Shown: positions 1-12,257 of the stretch, piece by piece | Layout of the letters: every line of letters starts with the position of its first letter | Numbering within the stretch: the first letter of the stretch is position 1 | DNA from: the human T2T-CHM13v2.0 reference genome, Homo sapiens | Length of the DNA stretch: 64,000 bases | NCBI RefSeq assembly: GCF_009914755.1 | Contig: NC_060926.1 | Strand: one strand, 5' to 3' | Notes under the pieces: generated by a model | What the model was told of the DNA's origin: nothing | What the model saw: only the letters and a program-made list of their open reading frames with translations | Databases searched by the model: none | Translations under genes and position numbers: made by a program

Positions 1-201
1 TCTTGTGTGATCTTCAGAAATCCATGGAAGCCTCCCTTCTACGAGAAGTCTCCCCTACTCTGACCCCTGCAGCTCTTAATTCATTTTGTGCGGTGGGGCT
101 GATCTCACCAGTGAGAGTCCACCGCAGGGCACACGCCAGCTCTCTTGATGCCCAGAGAGGAGCAAAAGAGGACCTGCTGTTTAATAAATTCAGCTTGGAT
201 T

Positions 202-828
202 TGTTGAGGCTCAGAAAAGTATACCCCAACGTATGGCACTTTGGTATGCTAAGTTTGAACTAAAAAACTAAACAGGCCTCTGAAGCCGCCTTAGAAACAA
301 AGTCTGTCTCCCCCCCGACTTTCTCCCCACTAAGCAATTCACAGAAACCAGAATTCCTCTTCCCTACGGTGGTCATACAACCTAGAAATAGTACTCCAAC
401 CTCCCTGGTCCTCTGCCTTTCTGTGTAGGAGCTGGCCATGAAGAAATACTCAGACCTACCTTGTCTGATAGTAGATCCTGAGACCCTCATTCCAGAAGAG
501 GTCCTGCTCTATACATGCTGCACAGAGAGGCCAAGAAGAATCTGAACAGGCCTCGCTGGGTTCAACCCTCAGTCTATTACCATTAGATCACACCCTTTGT
601 CCAATCACATTTCTATAAGGCTGTCCATTCTTCACTGAATCTAAGCATAAAAACAGGCAGTTTTCCCTGAGTCTTTGCATCTTCATTTCTGAAGGCTCCT
701 GTATCACATAAAACTTTGATTCAATAAATTTGTTACGCTTTTCTCTTATTAGCCTATCTTTTGTTATAAGCATGTTTGCCGTGCCCCTTATGATGGGGAG
801 GAAAGTATCACACCTTTTCTGCCCCTAC
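202..828 (+). mobile_element. ERV1 solo LTR (MER39/MER34-like)
   Basis: Starts TGTTGAGGCTCAGAAAAGTATACCCCAA, has AATAAA at ~723 and ends GCCCCTAC; resembles recalled MER39/MER34-group LTR consensus. Confidence 0.7.
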
Positions 829-1129
829 CGTTTCAATGGTATCAACATCCAAGCTCTAGAGTCCGGCTTTCGTCTTTAGATTGATTCAGTCTCTGAATTT
901 AATCCGGGTACTCCAAAATGTCAATTCCTCATTTAAAGGAGTCCTCCTCGTTTCTTGAAGAGTCACCCTTTTCCTTTTTCTTGTCTGCTTTGCTTGTGAT
1001 TGAAATGAGAGTAGGATTTAAATGCCTTTGTGGTGCACTGGAAATATCACCAGAAATGGGGAGAGGGGTCTTACTTTATTTTGTTGCTGCTGTTATTATT
1101 GTTGTTGCTGGATTGGAATGAGAAGATCT

Positions 1130-1230
1130 GAGTTGACCTTGACCAACTTACTTTACCTTGTTGACCACTAATTTCTTCAACTACAAATTGAAAGAGTTGA
1201 ACTACGTCATTTCAAAGATCCCTTCCTGCT
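1130..1230 (+). mobile_element. MIR fragment
   Basis: GACCTTGACCAA...TTTCTTCAACTACAAATTG...TCAAAGATCCCTTCC resembles the MIR core. Confidence 0.5.
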
Positions 1231-1565
1231 GCAAAGAAAAAGAAAAATGCTATGATTACTTGGATAAAGACAATGAAAATCTCTACCCATTAATCCTGGT
1301 TCTATCCTCTAAGGTAGAACATCCTTCAGATATATTTGCAGAGTCATCTCCTCCACTTTTTTCCTCCAGTCTATCCCATTTAATCCCCCTGTCAATGGCT
1401 CTCAAAGTATCACCTGGGGAGTCTAAGAACAAAAATACCGAAGCTTCGACTGCTAGAGATTCTGATATCATATTTAACGTGATCGTTCTTGGCTGGGACC
1501 TTGGCATGGGTATTTTGTAAGGCACTTCCCCATTCTAAGAGTCATCTGGGGGCTTAAAAAAAATT

Positions 1566-1858
<293 letters not shown>

Positions 1859-2214
1859 TTATTCCTCCCTGGCTCTCTGAGATTCTGGTTCAATAGATCT
1901 GGGATCTGGCTGGGAACCTTCCTTTAAACCCCTCTTGCCCCCCGGCCTCCAACACACATTCTGATGTCAATTATTCTGCAACCACCCTTTATGATTACTC
2001 TCCACAATATGGACCATCTAGCTCTGTGCCCTTCACATACACACACACACGGTCTGCAGCAGATTCTCACCAAAGGAACTGGTATCATTATTCTTTCCTC
2101 TGGTTCCTCAGTTGGTTCTGTAAGTCCAGCACATCTCAAAGGTGAGCGTGGCAATGAACATCCGCAATTCTTCTTAAAATGCTGATTCTAATTTAGTTGG
2201 TCTGGGATAGAGGC

Positions 2215-2667
2215 TGTCAACCTAAAAGGAAGAGGCTGAGGCACAAAATATAATTGAAAGAATTTGCTTGAGCCCAAATAAGGACAGCTACCCAGGACGT
2301 TTCTAAGTTGCCTTGAGGAGTGCTCCATTAGCCTTTGTTATAAGCAGGTTTTTAAAGGCAAAGGGAACAAAGAGAGGGCCGATATAAAGTTGTGTGACAG
2401 GAATCCTCATTGGTTTGCAGAGATAACTTGGCTATAGATTGTTGAACTGTCGGGTAGGAGTTATGGTGTCCAGTGTATGGCCATTTTATGGCTATTTGGC
2501 ATAAATTAGTCTAGAGCCCACATAGTCAGTGGCTTCTAGAGATCATTATTTCACTCAAATGGTTGTCACTTGCTGCTGTTTCATTCCAGTAAGTCTCTGG
2601 GGCTGATAATGTAAAGGGGCTTGCATTCCTCAGATTAAAAGTTTCTTTTTTTTGTTTGTTTTCCACC
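2215..2667 (-). mobile_element. ERV1 (MER4-group, MER57-like) solo LTR nested in MER5A
   Basis: TGTCAACCTAAAAGGAAG start; 4-bp TSD AGGC at 2211-2214 and 2668-2671; MER5A-like sequence on both sides (~2056-2214, 2668-2747). Confidence 0.7.
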
Positions 2668-3189
2668 AGGCTGAGATTCTGTTTCTAACAAACCTCCCGA
2701 TGCTGCTGATGCTGCATATCTGAAGACCACACTTTGAGAAGCAAGGATCTAGGAGTTGTTTGTTATTCATGGAATAAATATATTTCCCATCATGTTCCAG
2801 CTGCTCTGGTTAAACAAGCCACTATTGTCTTTTCCAGAAAGATTTCTCTGACTCCAGCTCCCCTTTGGGTGCTCCTTTTTCTAAACTGTAATTGATTAAT
2901 AATTCACCATTTATTTCATGTGTGGAGCAGGGATAGTGGTGCTTGCCTGATGTGCATTCCTTACAAACACCTACCTGGGCATCGGGGACACAGTGTCCCC
3001 TCAAACAATCTCTGCTGATTAACTGGAAGATAACACTAGCTTACATTTTTGGAGGACATATCATGTGCCGGGTACCTAGCTAAGTGTTTTACATGCATTG
3101 TCTCCCTCATTCAGCTACTACTGTCCTCATTTCACAGATGAACAAACAAAGGCCGATCTGCCTTGTCGACCTCTGCCCACCACCATAAT

Positions 3190-3340
3190 CCACAGGGGTA
3201 CTGCCCGCTAGGGGGCATTTTGGAAATTTGCAGGTACTTTCATTGGTCATCACAATGATGGGAGGAGGGGGCCACTGACATTTAGTTGGGGGTGGCCCCA
3301 GATGCAGGAGATTGGTCTGTGTCCCACATGGCTTTCATTT
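3190..3340. mobile_element. MER20/MER20B-like hAT DNA transposon fragment
   Basis: GGGGGCATTTTGGAAATTTG...GTCATCACAATGATGGGAGG...CCACTGACATTTAGT. Confidence 0.6.
3205..3217 (+). promoter_or_regulatory. CTCF-like motif
   Basis: CCGCTAGGGGGCA matches the CTCF core CCRSYAGRKGGCR. Confidence 0.5.
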
Positions 3341-3822
3341 GTCAGACCTGACCTTTGCTTCAGTTGAAATGTGCATCGAATTACGGTGGAACTTTAACTT
3401 TGTTTTACATATAAACACAAAATGTTTTTGCATCTTGTGAATACACACAGGAATTTCTGGAAATGCAACTACTGTATAAGTCTAGGAAGGGATGGTACTC
3501 TTTTTACCACTTTGGAAAATCAGGACACAGAAGCCAGTTCCATTCATGTTATCTGTTTCAGCAATCAACACATATATGATGCCCACAAGCCCAGTAATTT
3601 CATATGTGTATATTTCTTTAGCTCCTGTTTCAAAATAACAGCAATTTAAAGAAAAAGTGTAAAAAATATTCCAGAGTGCCTGACTCTCTGTTCTTAAATT
3701 ATAAATAGGTACAAATATCTGACTGCTTATTTGTGACCTCTGGTGTAGCTCTGAGTGAGCATTTAAATATTAATTATGTATTACTTTATTTTATTCCTCC
3801 TCTATTATAATTTAGGTCATTA

Positions 3823-4520
<698 letters not shown>

Positions 4521-4527
4521 GAAAGCT

Positions 4528-5430
4528 GAGGAGGGGCTTCAAGACAGCTGATTAGAAGCATTTCATGCCCACCTCTTCCACTTAGTGTGTATAGACAGTC
4601 ATACTTTGAATACACCATCCAAGAGAGAATGTCGGGATTCAATAGAGAAGTAACAAGAAACACCAGAAAGCAGGTAAGAAGGGAGAGAGACAGCCTGCCT
4701 GGAGGGGATGAACTGGGAGCAGGAGTAACTTCCCAAGGCAAGGAAAGGGTGAGTGACTTCCAGAGGCCCACATCCCCACCATGGAATCCTGCATTCCTGC
4801 CACAAGAGAGTCCCTCAACCCTCCCAACTCCTGACACTAACATAGGGAGCTGCTGGGAGATCATGGGATGGAACCACTCCAGGGAGGGAGCTCACATTGG
4901 GTCCCATACCCTTTCTGAGCCTAAGCAGCTATGGCAAGGTGCCATTTTCAGACCTAGCCTTTGGCAGACTGCATACTGTCCTGGAGCCCAGCAATGGCAA
5001 GACTGAGGCATTACAGAGACTCTGTTGCTGCTGGGACTGGGTAGCAAGCTGGAAGTTGTCGCACAGCCAGAGCTAAAAAGCAAGCAAGCTGTGGGCAGCC
5101 GTTGTTGGTGCCAAGAAGTGAGTGCCACTGGGACAGAAGACTGGGATGCAAGCAGGGTGTGAGTTGCTGCTTGGTCTTAGTCGCCAGCTGGGTGGGAGCT
5201 CCTACAGCCAGGGAGGGGCATAAACTAGGAACAGGCTACTACTGCTGAGGTGGGGAACAAGCCCCACTGGAACTGGAGCATGAGAGAGATGTGGTTTTCC
5301 TACCCTCTGGCCCAGGCTGTGACCACTGAGGATGACCCCACCCTCTCCAGTGGCAGGGCCTCAGTACAGCTGCTACCACCCTTTACCCAAGCACTCCACC
5401 TGCCGTCTGAGGATCACCATGCCCCTGCCA
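4528..5430 (+). mobile_element. Old L1 5'UTR (L1M/L1PB-type)
   Basis: GAGGGGCTTCAAGACAGCTGATTAGAAGCA start resembles the L1 5' terminus (CAAGATGGCTGACTAG); GC-richer UTR-like body. Confidence 0.65.
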
Positions 5431-5532
5431 ACCATGTCATCCAGGCTGGTCTTCAACTCCTGACCTCAAGTGATCTGCCCACCTCAGCCTCCCAAAGTGT
5501 TGGGACTACAGGCATGAGCCACCATGCCCAGC
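5431..5532 (-). mobile_element. Alu left-arm fragment (~100 bp)
   Basis: CCAGGCTGGTCTTCAACTCCTGACCTCAAGTGATC...GAGCCACCATGCCCAGC. Confidence 0.9.
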
Positions 5533-5680
5533 TGCAGAAAAGATAACTATTGGGTACTGTACTTAATACCTGGATGATGAAATAATCTGTACAACATTCC
5601 TGGTGACATGTGTTTACCTATGTAAAAAAACCTTCACATGTACCCCCAAACCTAAAATAAAATTAAAAACAAAGAAAAAT
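5533..5680 (+). mobile_element. L1PA13-16/L1PB-type 3' terminus
   Basis: GATAACTATTGGGTACT...AATAATCTGTACAAC...CACATGTACCCCCAAACCTAAAATAAAA plus A-rich tail. Confidence 0.8.
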
Positions 5681-6154
5681 AAAAGAAAGTCATATATGGG
5701 TAAGAGCACATGGTCATAAAACCTGACAACTGAAAGACTATAAGAAATTGAGTGCTGTATTTTTTTGTTCTTATTTATTTTTTAACATTTTTAGTAAATG
5801 TCCCCAGAGCCCTAATTTCAGGAATATACATAGGAAAGAGAAGAAAGACCAAGAAGACAAAGGAAACACGTTAGACATAAGAGCCTCCACTGGGAATAAA
5901 CATCACAGTTATCTCTGGTGGAGCCACTTGCTAAGGGTCATGAGTGTTCTAACGAAACTCACATAAGAAATCACATAGTCCTCTTAGTCTATAAATCAGA
6001 TATGGTATTATTAGCATCCCTGTTGTAAAGATAGGGAAACCAAATCTCATTCCTGAGGTCTGCTTTTATCCACTACCATGCACAGCCTCTATGGAAGAAC
6101 CTACAGATGGCCAAGAGCATGGCTTTTGCACCTGATACAGCTCCATGAGATTTC

Positions 6155-6198
6155 AGGTTAAGGTGTATAGTTACTTAGGTTAAGGTATATAGTTACTT
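6155..6198. repeat. 22-bp tandem duplication
   Basis: AGGTTAAGGTGTATAGTTACTT / AGGTTAAGGTATATAGTTACTT (1 mismatch). Confidence 0.9.
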
Positions 6199-6702
6199 TA
6201 CTTCACTTCTTGTATGGACTTTGAAAAAACAAATATAAACATATTATTCATCTTTTGCATGTCTTGAAGAAAGATAAGCAACACCCAAGACCTAGGGTGT
6301 GGCACCCTTGCAGGCATGGACTCTAGGGCTGGGGCTGAGTGAGGACCTGTCCAGTACAGGAGTATCTAAGCTGGCTGCCAAGGTCAACTCCAACAGCACT
6401 TATAGGAAGGGCTCTAAGATCTTCACTTGGAAAGAGGGAAGTATGTGTATGTCCACATGCCTGAAGTGTGAATCTTAAATTTATTAACTCCCTTTACCAT
6501 GGAATAAAAAGTATAAACTTGAGGTATGACTACAGAGCATTTGGAGAAATATCATGTTGGTTATAGCATTATTAAGAGTCTTCATTTGGAAAATATGCAT
6601 ACAAAAAGAATGTTTAAATGTCATTTCACCCTTTAAGAGACTTGCAGTCTAAATAGAATGGCATAGTTCTGCATTCCCAGCCTTTGCTGTGCATTCTCAT
6701 CA

Positions 6703-7170
6703 GCAGTGGGTCTCAACTTTACAATCACTAGGGATAGGGCCACAAACTTACCCTGGTTGGCCCGAGACATTCCTGGGTTTAGCACTGAAAATTCCATGTC
6801 CTGGAAAATTATCTCAGTCCCAGAGAAATTGAGACAGTTAGTCACCTTATCAGGATGCTTTTAAAAATCTTGATGTTCAAGCCCACCCACCCCTGACAAA
6901 TTGCTCAGAATCTCTGGGGGTGGGACCCAGGCTTAAATGTTTCTGAAAGATCTCCAAGTGATTCCAATGTACAGCAAAGCACAAGAAAGCCCTGCTCAAG
7001 GACAGGCTTCTTAACTTGAAAGTACACAACAATCACCTAGCAATCTTGGTAAAATGCAGATTTTAATTCCTCAGGTCTGGAGTGGGGTCCAATTTTCTGC
7101 AGTTCTAACAAGCTCCCTGGTGATGCCAGTGCTGCTGGTGTACAGACCAGCCTCTGAATGGCAAGGATCT
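6703..7170. mobile_element. MER5A relics with nested MER81 (6735-6849)
   Basis: CAGTGGGTCTCAAC...; MER81-like TAGGGCCACAAAC...TTAGCACTGAAA...GTCACCTTA with terminal inverted repeats; second MER5 copy ~7000-7170. Confidence 0.7.
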
Positions 7171-8079
7171 GGAAAACACAAGCAGTATGTTTTGTTTCTA
7201 CTTTGAAAGAATCTATAATAGAGTCAGGAAGAGAAGTATGTCAGGACAAAATTAACAAAAGGGGGAAAAATCAAATAAAATATAAGTAGGTAGTAATGCA
7301 GTAAGGAGAGGGAGCAGGTCCTAAGACACATTTTCTTGGATTCCTTAGTACACTGACTACACATAGTAGGTATTTGACACATATAATCTGGAAATGCTTA
7401 ATGGGGGTGGGTTCTAACACTGACTTACAAGGGTGGAAGGGCATCCCAGGAAAAGGCAATGGTGGGCATAAAGGATTCTGCAACAAAATAAGCTAAAACT
7501 TTGTTAAGTGTACAAATCCACAATTTTCTCTGACTAATGCTTAATTGTGGGGGAAGAAAAGAATTTGGATGGGGCATATTGAAGGAACTTCTGGGGTGGC
7601 TGGGAGAGTTGTATTTCTTGATTTGGGTGGTACTTGCTTTATAATGATTTATTAAGCCATGCATTTGATTTCTGTGATTTTTAGTATCTGTGTTTTTACA
7701 ATACTATTTTACAATAAAAAATTTATAAAAATTTTTATCTGGAATGACCACATATATTGGGAGGAATAGGTCTGCCTTGGCTAAACAGTTTGTACTGAAA
7801 CCGGTCAGAGGTTGCTAGGGGCTACTGACTATGCAGAACTAATGAGTCATCTCACTCAGCTCCATGGGAAATGTCAAAGATGTGGAGGAGTAGGGGAATA
7901 AAAAGAATAAAGAACAAAGTCAGCTGCAACTGATATGGGAAAAGGGAGTTACGTACGCTCAAAAAATTGTTTCATTTTCTTCTGCTCACATATCAAAAAA
8001 AATTATGGCATCTGCTCTCCATGATTTTCTTCCTACCCCTCTGGCCTCTCGCCCTAGACCCACAAATCCAATTGTCCTT

Positions 8080-8576
8080 GAACATCTCCTGCTGAGTAAG
8101 CCCACTCCCCAAATTCAATATGTCCAAAAGCAGAATCCCAAAATCTATGCATCTTCAACCTCCATGTATTGGAGAATTTCAGCACCATCCACCATATCAT
8201 CTCAAGCCAGGATCCAAGAAATACCTCCCCTTGACTTCACTCTTCCTCACACCTTACAAGCGGCAGGTGACCAACCTCTGATAATTCCACCTTCTTGCCA
8301 CCCCTTAGATCATTGCGTCCTGAAAAACTACCAACTAAGGGGCTCCGATTTTTCCCTCTCTCTATTGATACTCTATGCATACTTCCATTGCAGCCCTTAT
8401 AACACTGTATTTCTCTAATTTTGTTAATATACCAGTTTCTTTCTGCATGATGGGAAATTTCTTGAGGCAAGAACACAGTTTATTCATCCTAGTGTTTCAG
8501 GCGTCTACCAGAATGCAGGCAGAGTTTAAGTGCCCAGAAAAAAGAAAAGGTTGTTGAAGGAACAAATGAGTAAATG
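8080..8576 (+). mobile_element. L2 fragment including 3' end
   Basis: CAAATTCAATATGTCCAAAA...; ends TTGTTGAAGGAACAAATGAGTAAATG. Confidence 0.6.
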
Positions 8577-9539
8577 CTTAGCTGCTCTCTTCAAGCCTTA
8601 GATAATTGAGCTGACCAGGTCATCTGTGACTGACTTCACATCCGGCCACTGAGGCAGTTCCCAGAGATTGCATCTTCCTAGGCCTCCTTCCTTCCCCCTC
8701 CATCAGTAGAAAAATAAAGAGAAACATGTTCTAGCTTTGAAACTGCTAAGATGGGGGAAATTTCAGGAAAAAAAAAATGTAACTTTTACCATCCTCCTAA
8801 AGATGGCGGACAACCTTCCCTTCCCGTCTCGTATGTACAGTGTGGCACATGCTGCTGAGATTACATTATTTCAAACCTAACACATGTTTTAACCCCTCTC
8901 TAAAAGCCTGCAATATTTTATGTAAACATTTTATTGAAGTTTAACGCACATGTAAGAGGGCACACAAATCTTAAGGTTACACTCAAAAAATATTCACCAA
9001 GTGAACACACAGAAATATTTCCATAAACAGAATATGATCGGTACCCCTAAAGTGTCTCCTTTGTCCCCCTCCAAGCACTAACCCCACCCCTCCCACGACT
9101 AGATGAAAATATTTCCAAATTTGCTTTGGCACAAACTATTTTGTGAAAAGTTTCTATATTTTACTCTCCATTTATTTTAAAAAGTTTTTAATTCTAAAAG
9201 AAAGCAACGTATGCTCATTGTAAAAAGTTAAAACTTAACAGAAGTACAAAACTGTAGAAAGTGAAAGAGTTTCCCTATCAACACTCTGCCCACCCCGGAC
9301 TTCCACCACCTCCATTCCCAAGGTTAAAAACTTGTAACAGTTTGGTGCATTTATCAGTTCAAACTATGCTACCATTAAGGAAAAGCTCAATTCAAAGTGG
9401 ACAATACAGTAAAACAATGTATTGCCTCTCATAATTTACTTAATCATTTTCTGAGTGAATGAACATTTGTTTCCAATGTTTTGCTATTACAAACAATGCC
9501 ACATTGACCATTTCATTTTGAACACTTTAAACAGATAAT

Positions 9540-10030
9540 GTAAAGAGATCTTGAAAGTCCAGAGTTTGGGCAGGCTTTGGGATTTGTTTAATTCAGTCAC
9601 TCAACTATGTCATCAAAGACTCCATTTCTATCTCCTTGCTCTGCTTCCAAGATATCAGCTGCATCCCGAGGCTGGCTTATTTCAGGTTGTAACATAGCTG
9701 ACAACAGGGCTACATATTTTATCAGAGAGAAGTGGGTAGGGAGGGAAAGAAAAGAAAGAGAAGGAAGAGAGAGAAACTCAACAACGGTGGAGTGAAAGTC
9801 CTAGGCCTCATTCTGATTGGATCAAATTTGGTTATATGCCTACTTACAAGCCAATCATTAAGGCCTGGGGAATGTCAAGTAATAATTGGAGCAGTTCCCA
9901 TTCCTGAATCAATCTCTGTGGCAAAAAGGATGGGATTATCCTAACTGATTCCAAGAATAGGACCAACCTCTGAAGGATGAGGGGTCAGTTCCACCCAAAT
10001 CAAATAAATGGCTACTACATGATGGAGTAT
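9540..10030. mobile_element. Old MaLR (MLT1J/K/L-like) fragment among L1ME relics
   Basis: CTCAACTATGTCATCAAAGAC...CTCATTCTGATTGG...CCAATCATT motifs. Confidence 0.45.
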
Positions 10031-10098
10031 AGTTGGAATGGAGACTGGGAAGGCCACCATATTATTCATTGCTGTAAATATCCTTTGAGGCCATTTTT

Positions 10099-10101
<3 letters not shown>

Positions 10102-10151
<50 letters not shown>

Positions 10152-10175
10152 ATATATAGATATATACACACACAC
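10102..10175. repeat. (TA)n-(CA)n microsatellite
   Basis: Long perfect TA run from 10102 followed by CA repeats. Confidence 0.95.
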
Positions 10176-10434
10176 AGTTAATTTTTAACTATAATAAATC
10201 ACACTATTCTGCAACTCACACTATTCTGCACCTTTATATACATATAAATCTACCTCACCTTCTATAGGTGCAAGATATTCCATTGTATGAGTGAACAATA
10301 ATTAATTTAACTATTTCCCTAACTGATGAACATTTAGATTGTTTTAAATATCTCTTCTGCAAAAATTCTACATTGACCATTTCATTCTGAACAATATCTT
10401 AAACAGAAAATGTAAAGTAATTTTTGGAAGAGAT

Positions 10435-10500
10435 ACAGTCATCCCTTGGTATTGGGGGATTGGTTTCAGGACCCTCGCGGATACCAAAATCCATGGAAGC
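10435..10500. mobile_element. MER2/Tigger-type end fragment
   Basis: TACAGTCATCCCTTGGTATTGGGGGATTGGTTTCAGGACCCTCGCGGATACCAAAATCCATGGA. Confidence 0.75.
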
Positions 10501-10741
10501 CCAGTCCATTCCCCTGCCTGCAAGCTCAGATCGACTTAAACACATGCAAGCTCTTAGCTAGAATGTCACCTGGAGGCAACCTAGAGCTTTAATACAAAAT
10601 ATTTCATATGGAGAATTTTCCATGAAATAACTTATCTATTGCATTCAACTGTAAACATGATTCTTTCTTTACTCTTTTCTGTAATATTTTACTTGTAGTT
10701 TTTATTATAACTTCTTTCCCTTTTCCTTATCTTCCTGACAG

Positions 10742-11320
10742 AGAATCAACTGGGTCCCTGAAGGAGGTGCTCCAGCGGCCTGCTCCGTCCTGTCGGAGGC
10801 TTCCTGAAGGCCTGTGTTCTCACCTGCCCTTAGTGGAAACCTTCTATTCATCTGATCTATTTTCTTGTGGGTGTCAGGGCCCATATGTCTCCATCTCCCT
10901 TTCCAGCTCCAAGATATCTGTTATGGGCTGCATTGTATCTCCACAAAATTCATATGTTGAAGCTGATATGATTTGGACCTGTGTTCCTGCCCAAATCCCA
11001 TGTCAAACGGTAATACTCAATGTTGGAGGTAGGGCCTGGAGGGAGGTGATAGGATCATGGGGGTGGATTTCTCTTGAATGGTTTAGCACCATTCCCTTTG
11101 TGATTAGTTCTCATGAGATTTGGTTGTTTAAAAATGTGTCACACCTCCCTCCCCTCTCTTTTGCTCCTGCTCCAGCCATGTGATGTGTGCTTTCCCTTTG
11201 CCTTCTGCCATGATTGAAAGTTTCCTGAGGCCTCCCCAGAAGCCAAGAAGATGCCGTCATGCTTCCTGTACAGTCTTCAGAACCATGTGTCAATTAAATC
11301 TCTTCTCTTTATAAACTACC
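10742..11320 (+). ncRNA. Candidate spliced terminal exon of a lncRNA (hypothetical)
   Basis: Acceptor CTTCTTTCCCTTTTCCTTATCTTCCTGACAG| with branch-like TATAAC; GC-richer unique sequence follows; ATTAAA in the sense MST LTR at ~11293. Confidence 0.35.
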
Positions 11321-11709
11321 AAGTCCTGGGTATTTCTTTATAGCAGTGTGAGAATGGACTAATACAAAGCCCTAACCCCCAGTATATCAGAATGTGACTG
11401 TATTTGGAGATAGGACCTTTAAAGAGGCAATTAAGGTGAAACGAGATCACCTGGGTGGGCTCTAGTCCAATATGACTGATGTCTTTATAAGAAGAGATGA
11501 GGATGCAGATACCCACAAAGGGAAGACCATGTGAAAACAGAGGGAGGAAACAGCCACCAACAAGCCAAGGGAATGGCCTTGGAAGGAAGCAATCCTGTAG
11601 ACACCTTGATCTTGGACTTCCAGCATCCAGAACTGAGGGAAAACAAATTCCTATTGTTAAAGCCCCTGGTGTGTGGTTTTTGCTATGGCAGCCCTAGTAG
11701 ACTAATACA
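10919..11709 (+). mobile_element. MLT1A LTR interrupted by MST LTR
   Basis: TGTTATGGGCTGCATTG...TTCATATGTTGAAGC | resumes AAGCCCTAACCCCCAG...ACTAATACA. Confidence 0.85.
10964..11366 (+). mobile_element. MSTA-like MaLR solo LTR
   Basis: TGATATGATTTGG...GGACTAATACA; flanking AAGC duplicated (10960-10963 / 11367-11370). Confidence 0.85.
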
Positions 11710-12257
11710 GTGCCCAAGCCCAAGTGTGCTATGGAAACCCCTGAATGGTCCAGAAGGAGCCTCCTTGACGTTCTGTTGCTGTCTGGGTGGCTCCTAGGCC
11801 CCTTCTTCCCTTTGTCTTCCTGACCTCTGATGGGTGGTCCCTTCAGTTCTACTCCTCCCAGATTCTGCCCACCAGTCCGCTTAGAGTTGGTGCTTACTTC
11901 CCTTATTTGGTGCCTGCAGATGAATGGTTTTCCAGTCTTTCAGGGCTTAAGACTCACTGCTTTGTGAATTCAGACTCCCAGACCACAGCTCCAGAGATGC
12001 AGACTCACTAGTTCAGTGATGGGGCTGGGAAACCTGCACTTTTAACAAATACCCTCAGGTAATTCTGAGGGATATGACCACACTTTGAGAAACACCACTG
12101 AAGATATGTCCTCTTTCCTGTTTCTCTAACCCAGTGGGCTGCCACCTTGACTGCACATGAGATTCACCTGGGGAGCTCTTTAGAACACCCACGCCTAAGC
12201 CCACCTTAGATATTCTGGGTTAATTAGTCTGGGATGGGGCTTGGGCTTGGGTATTTT

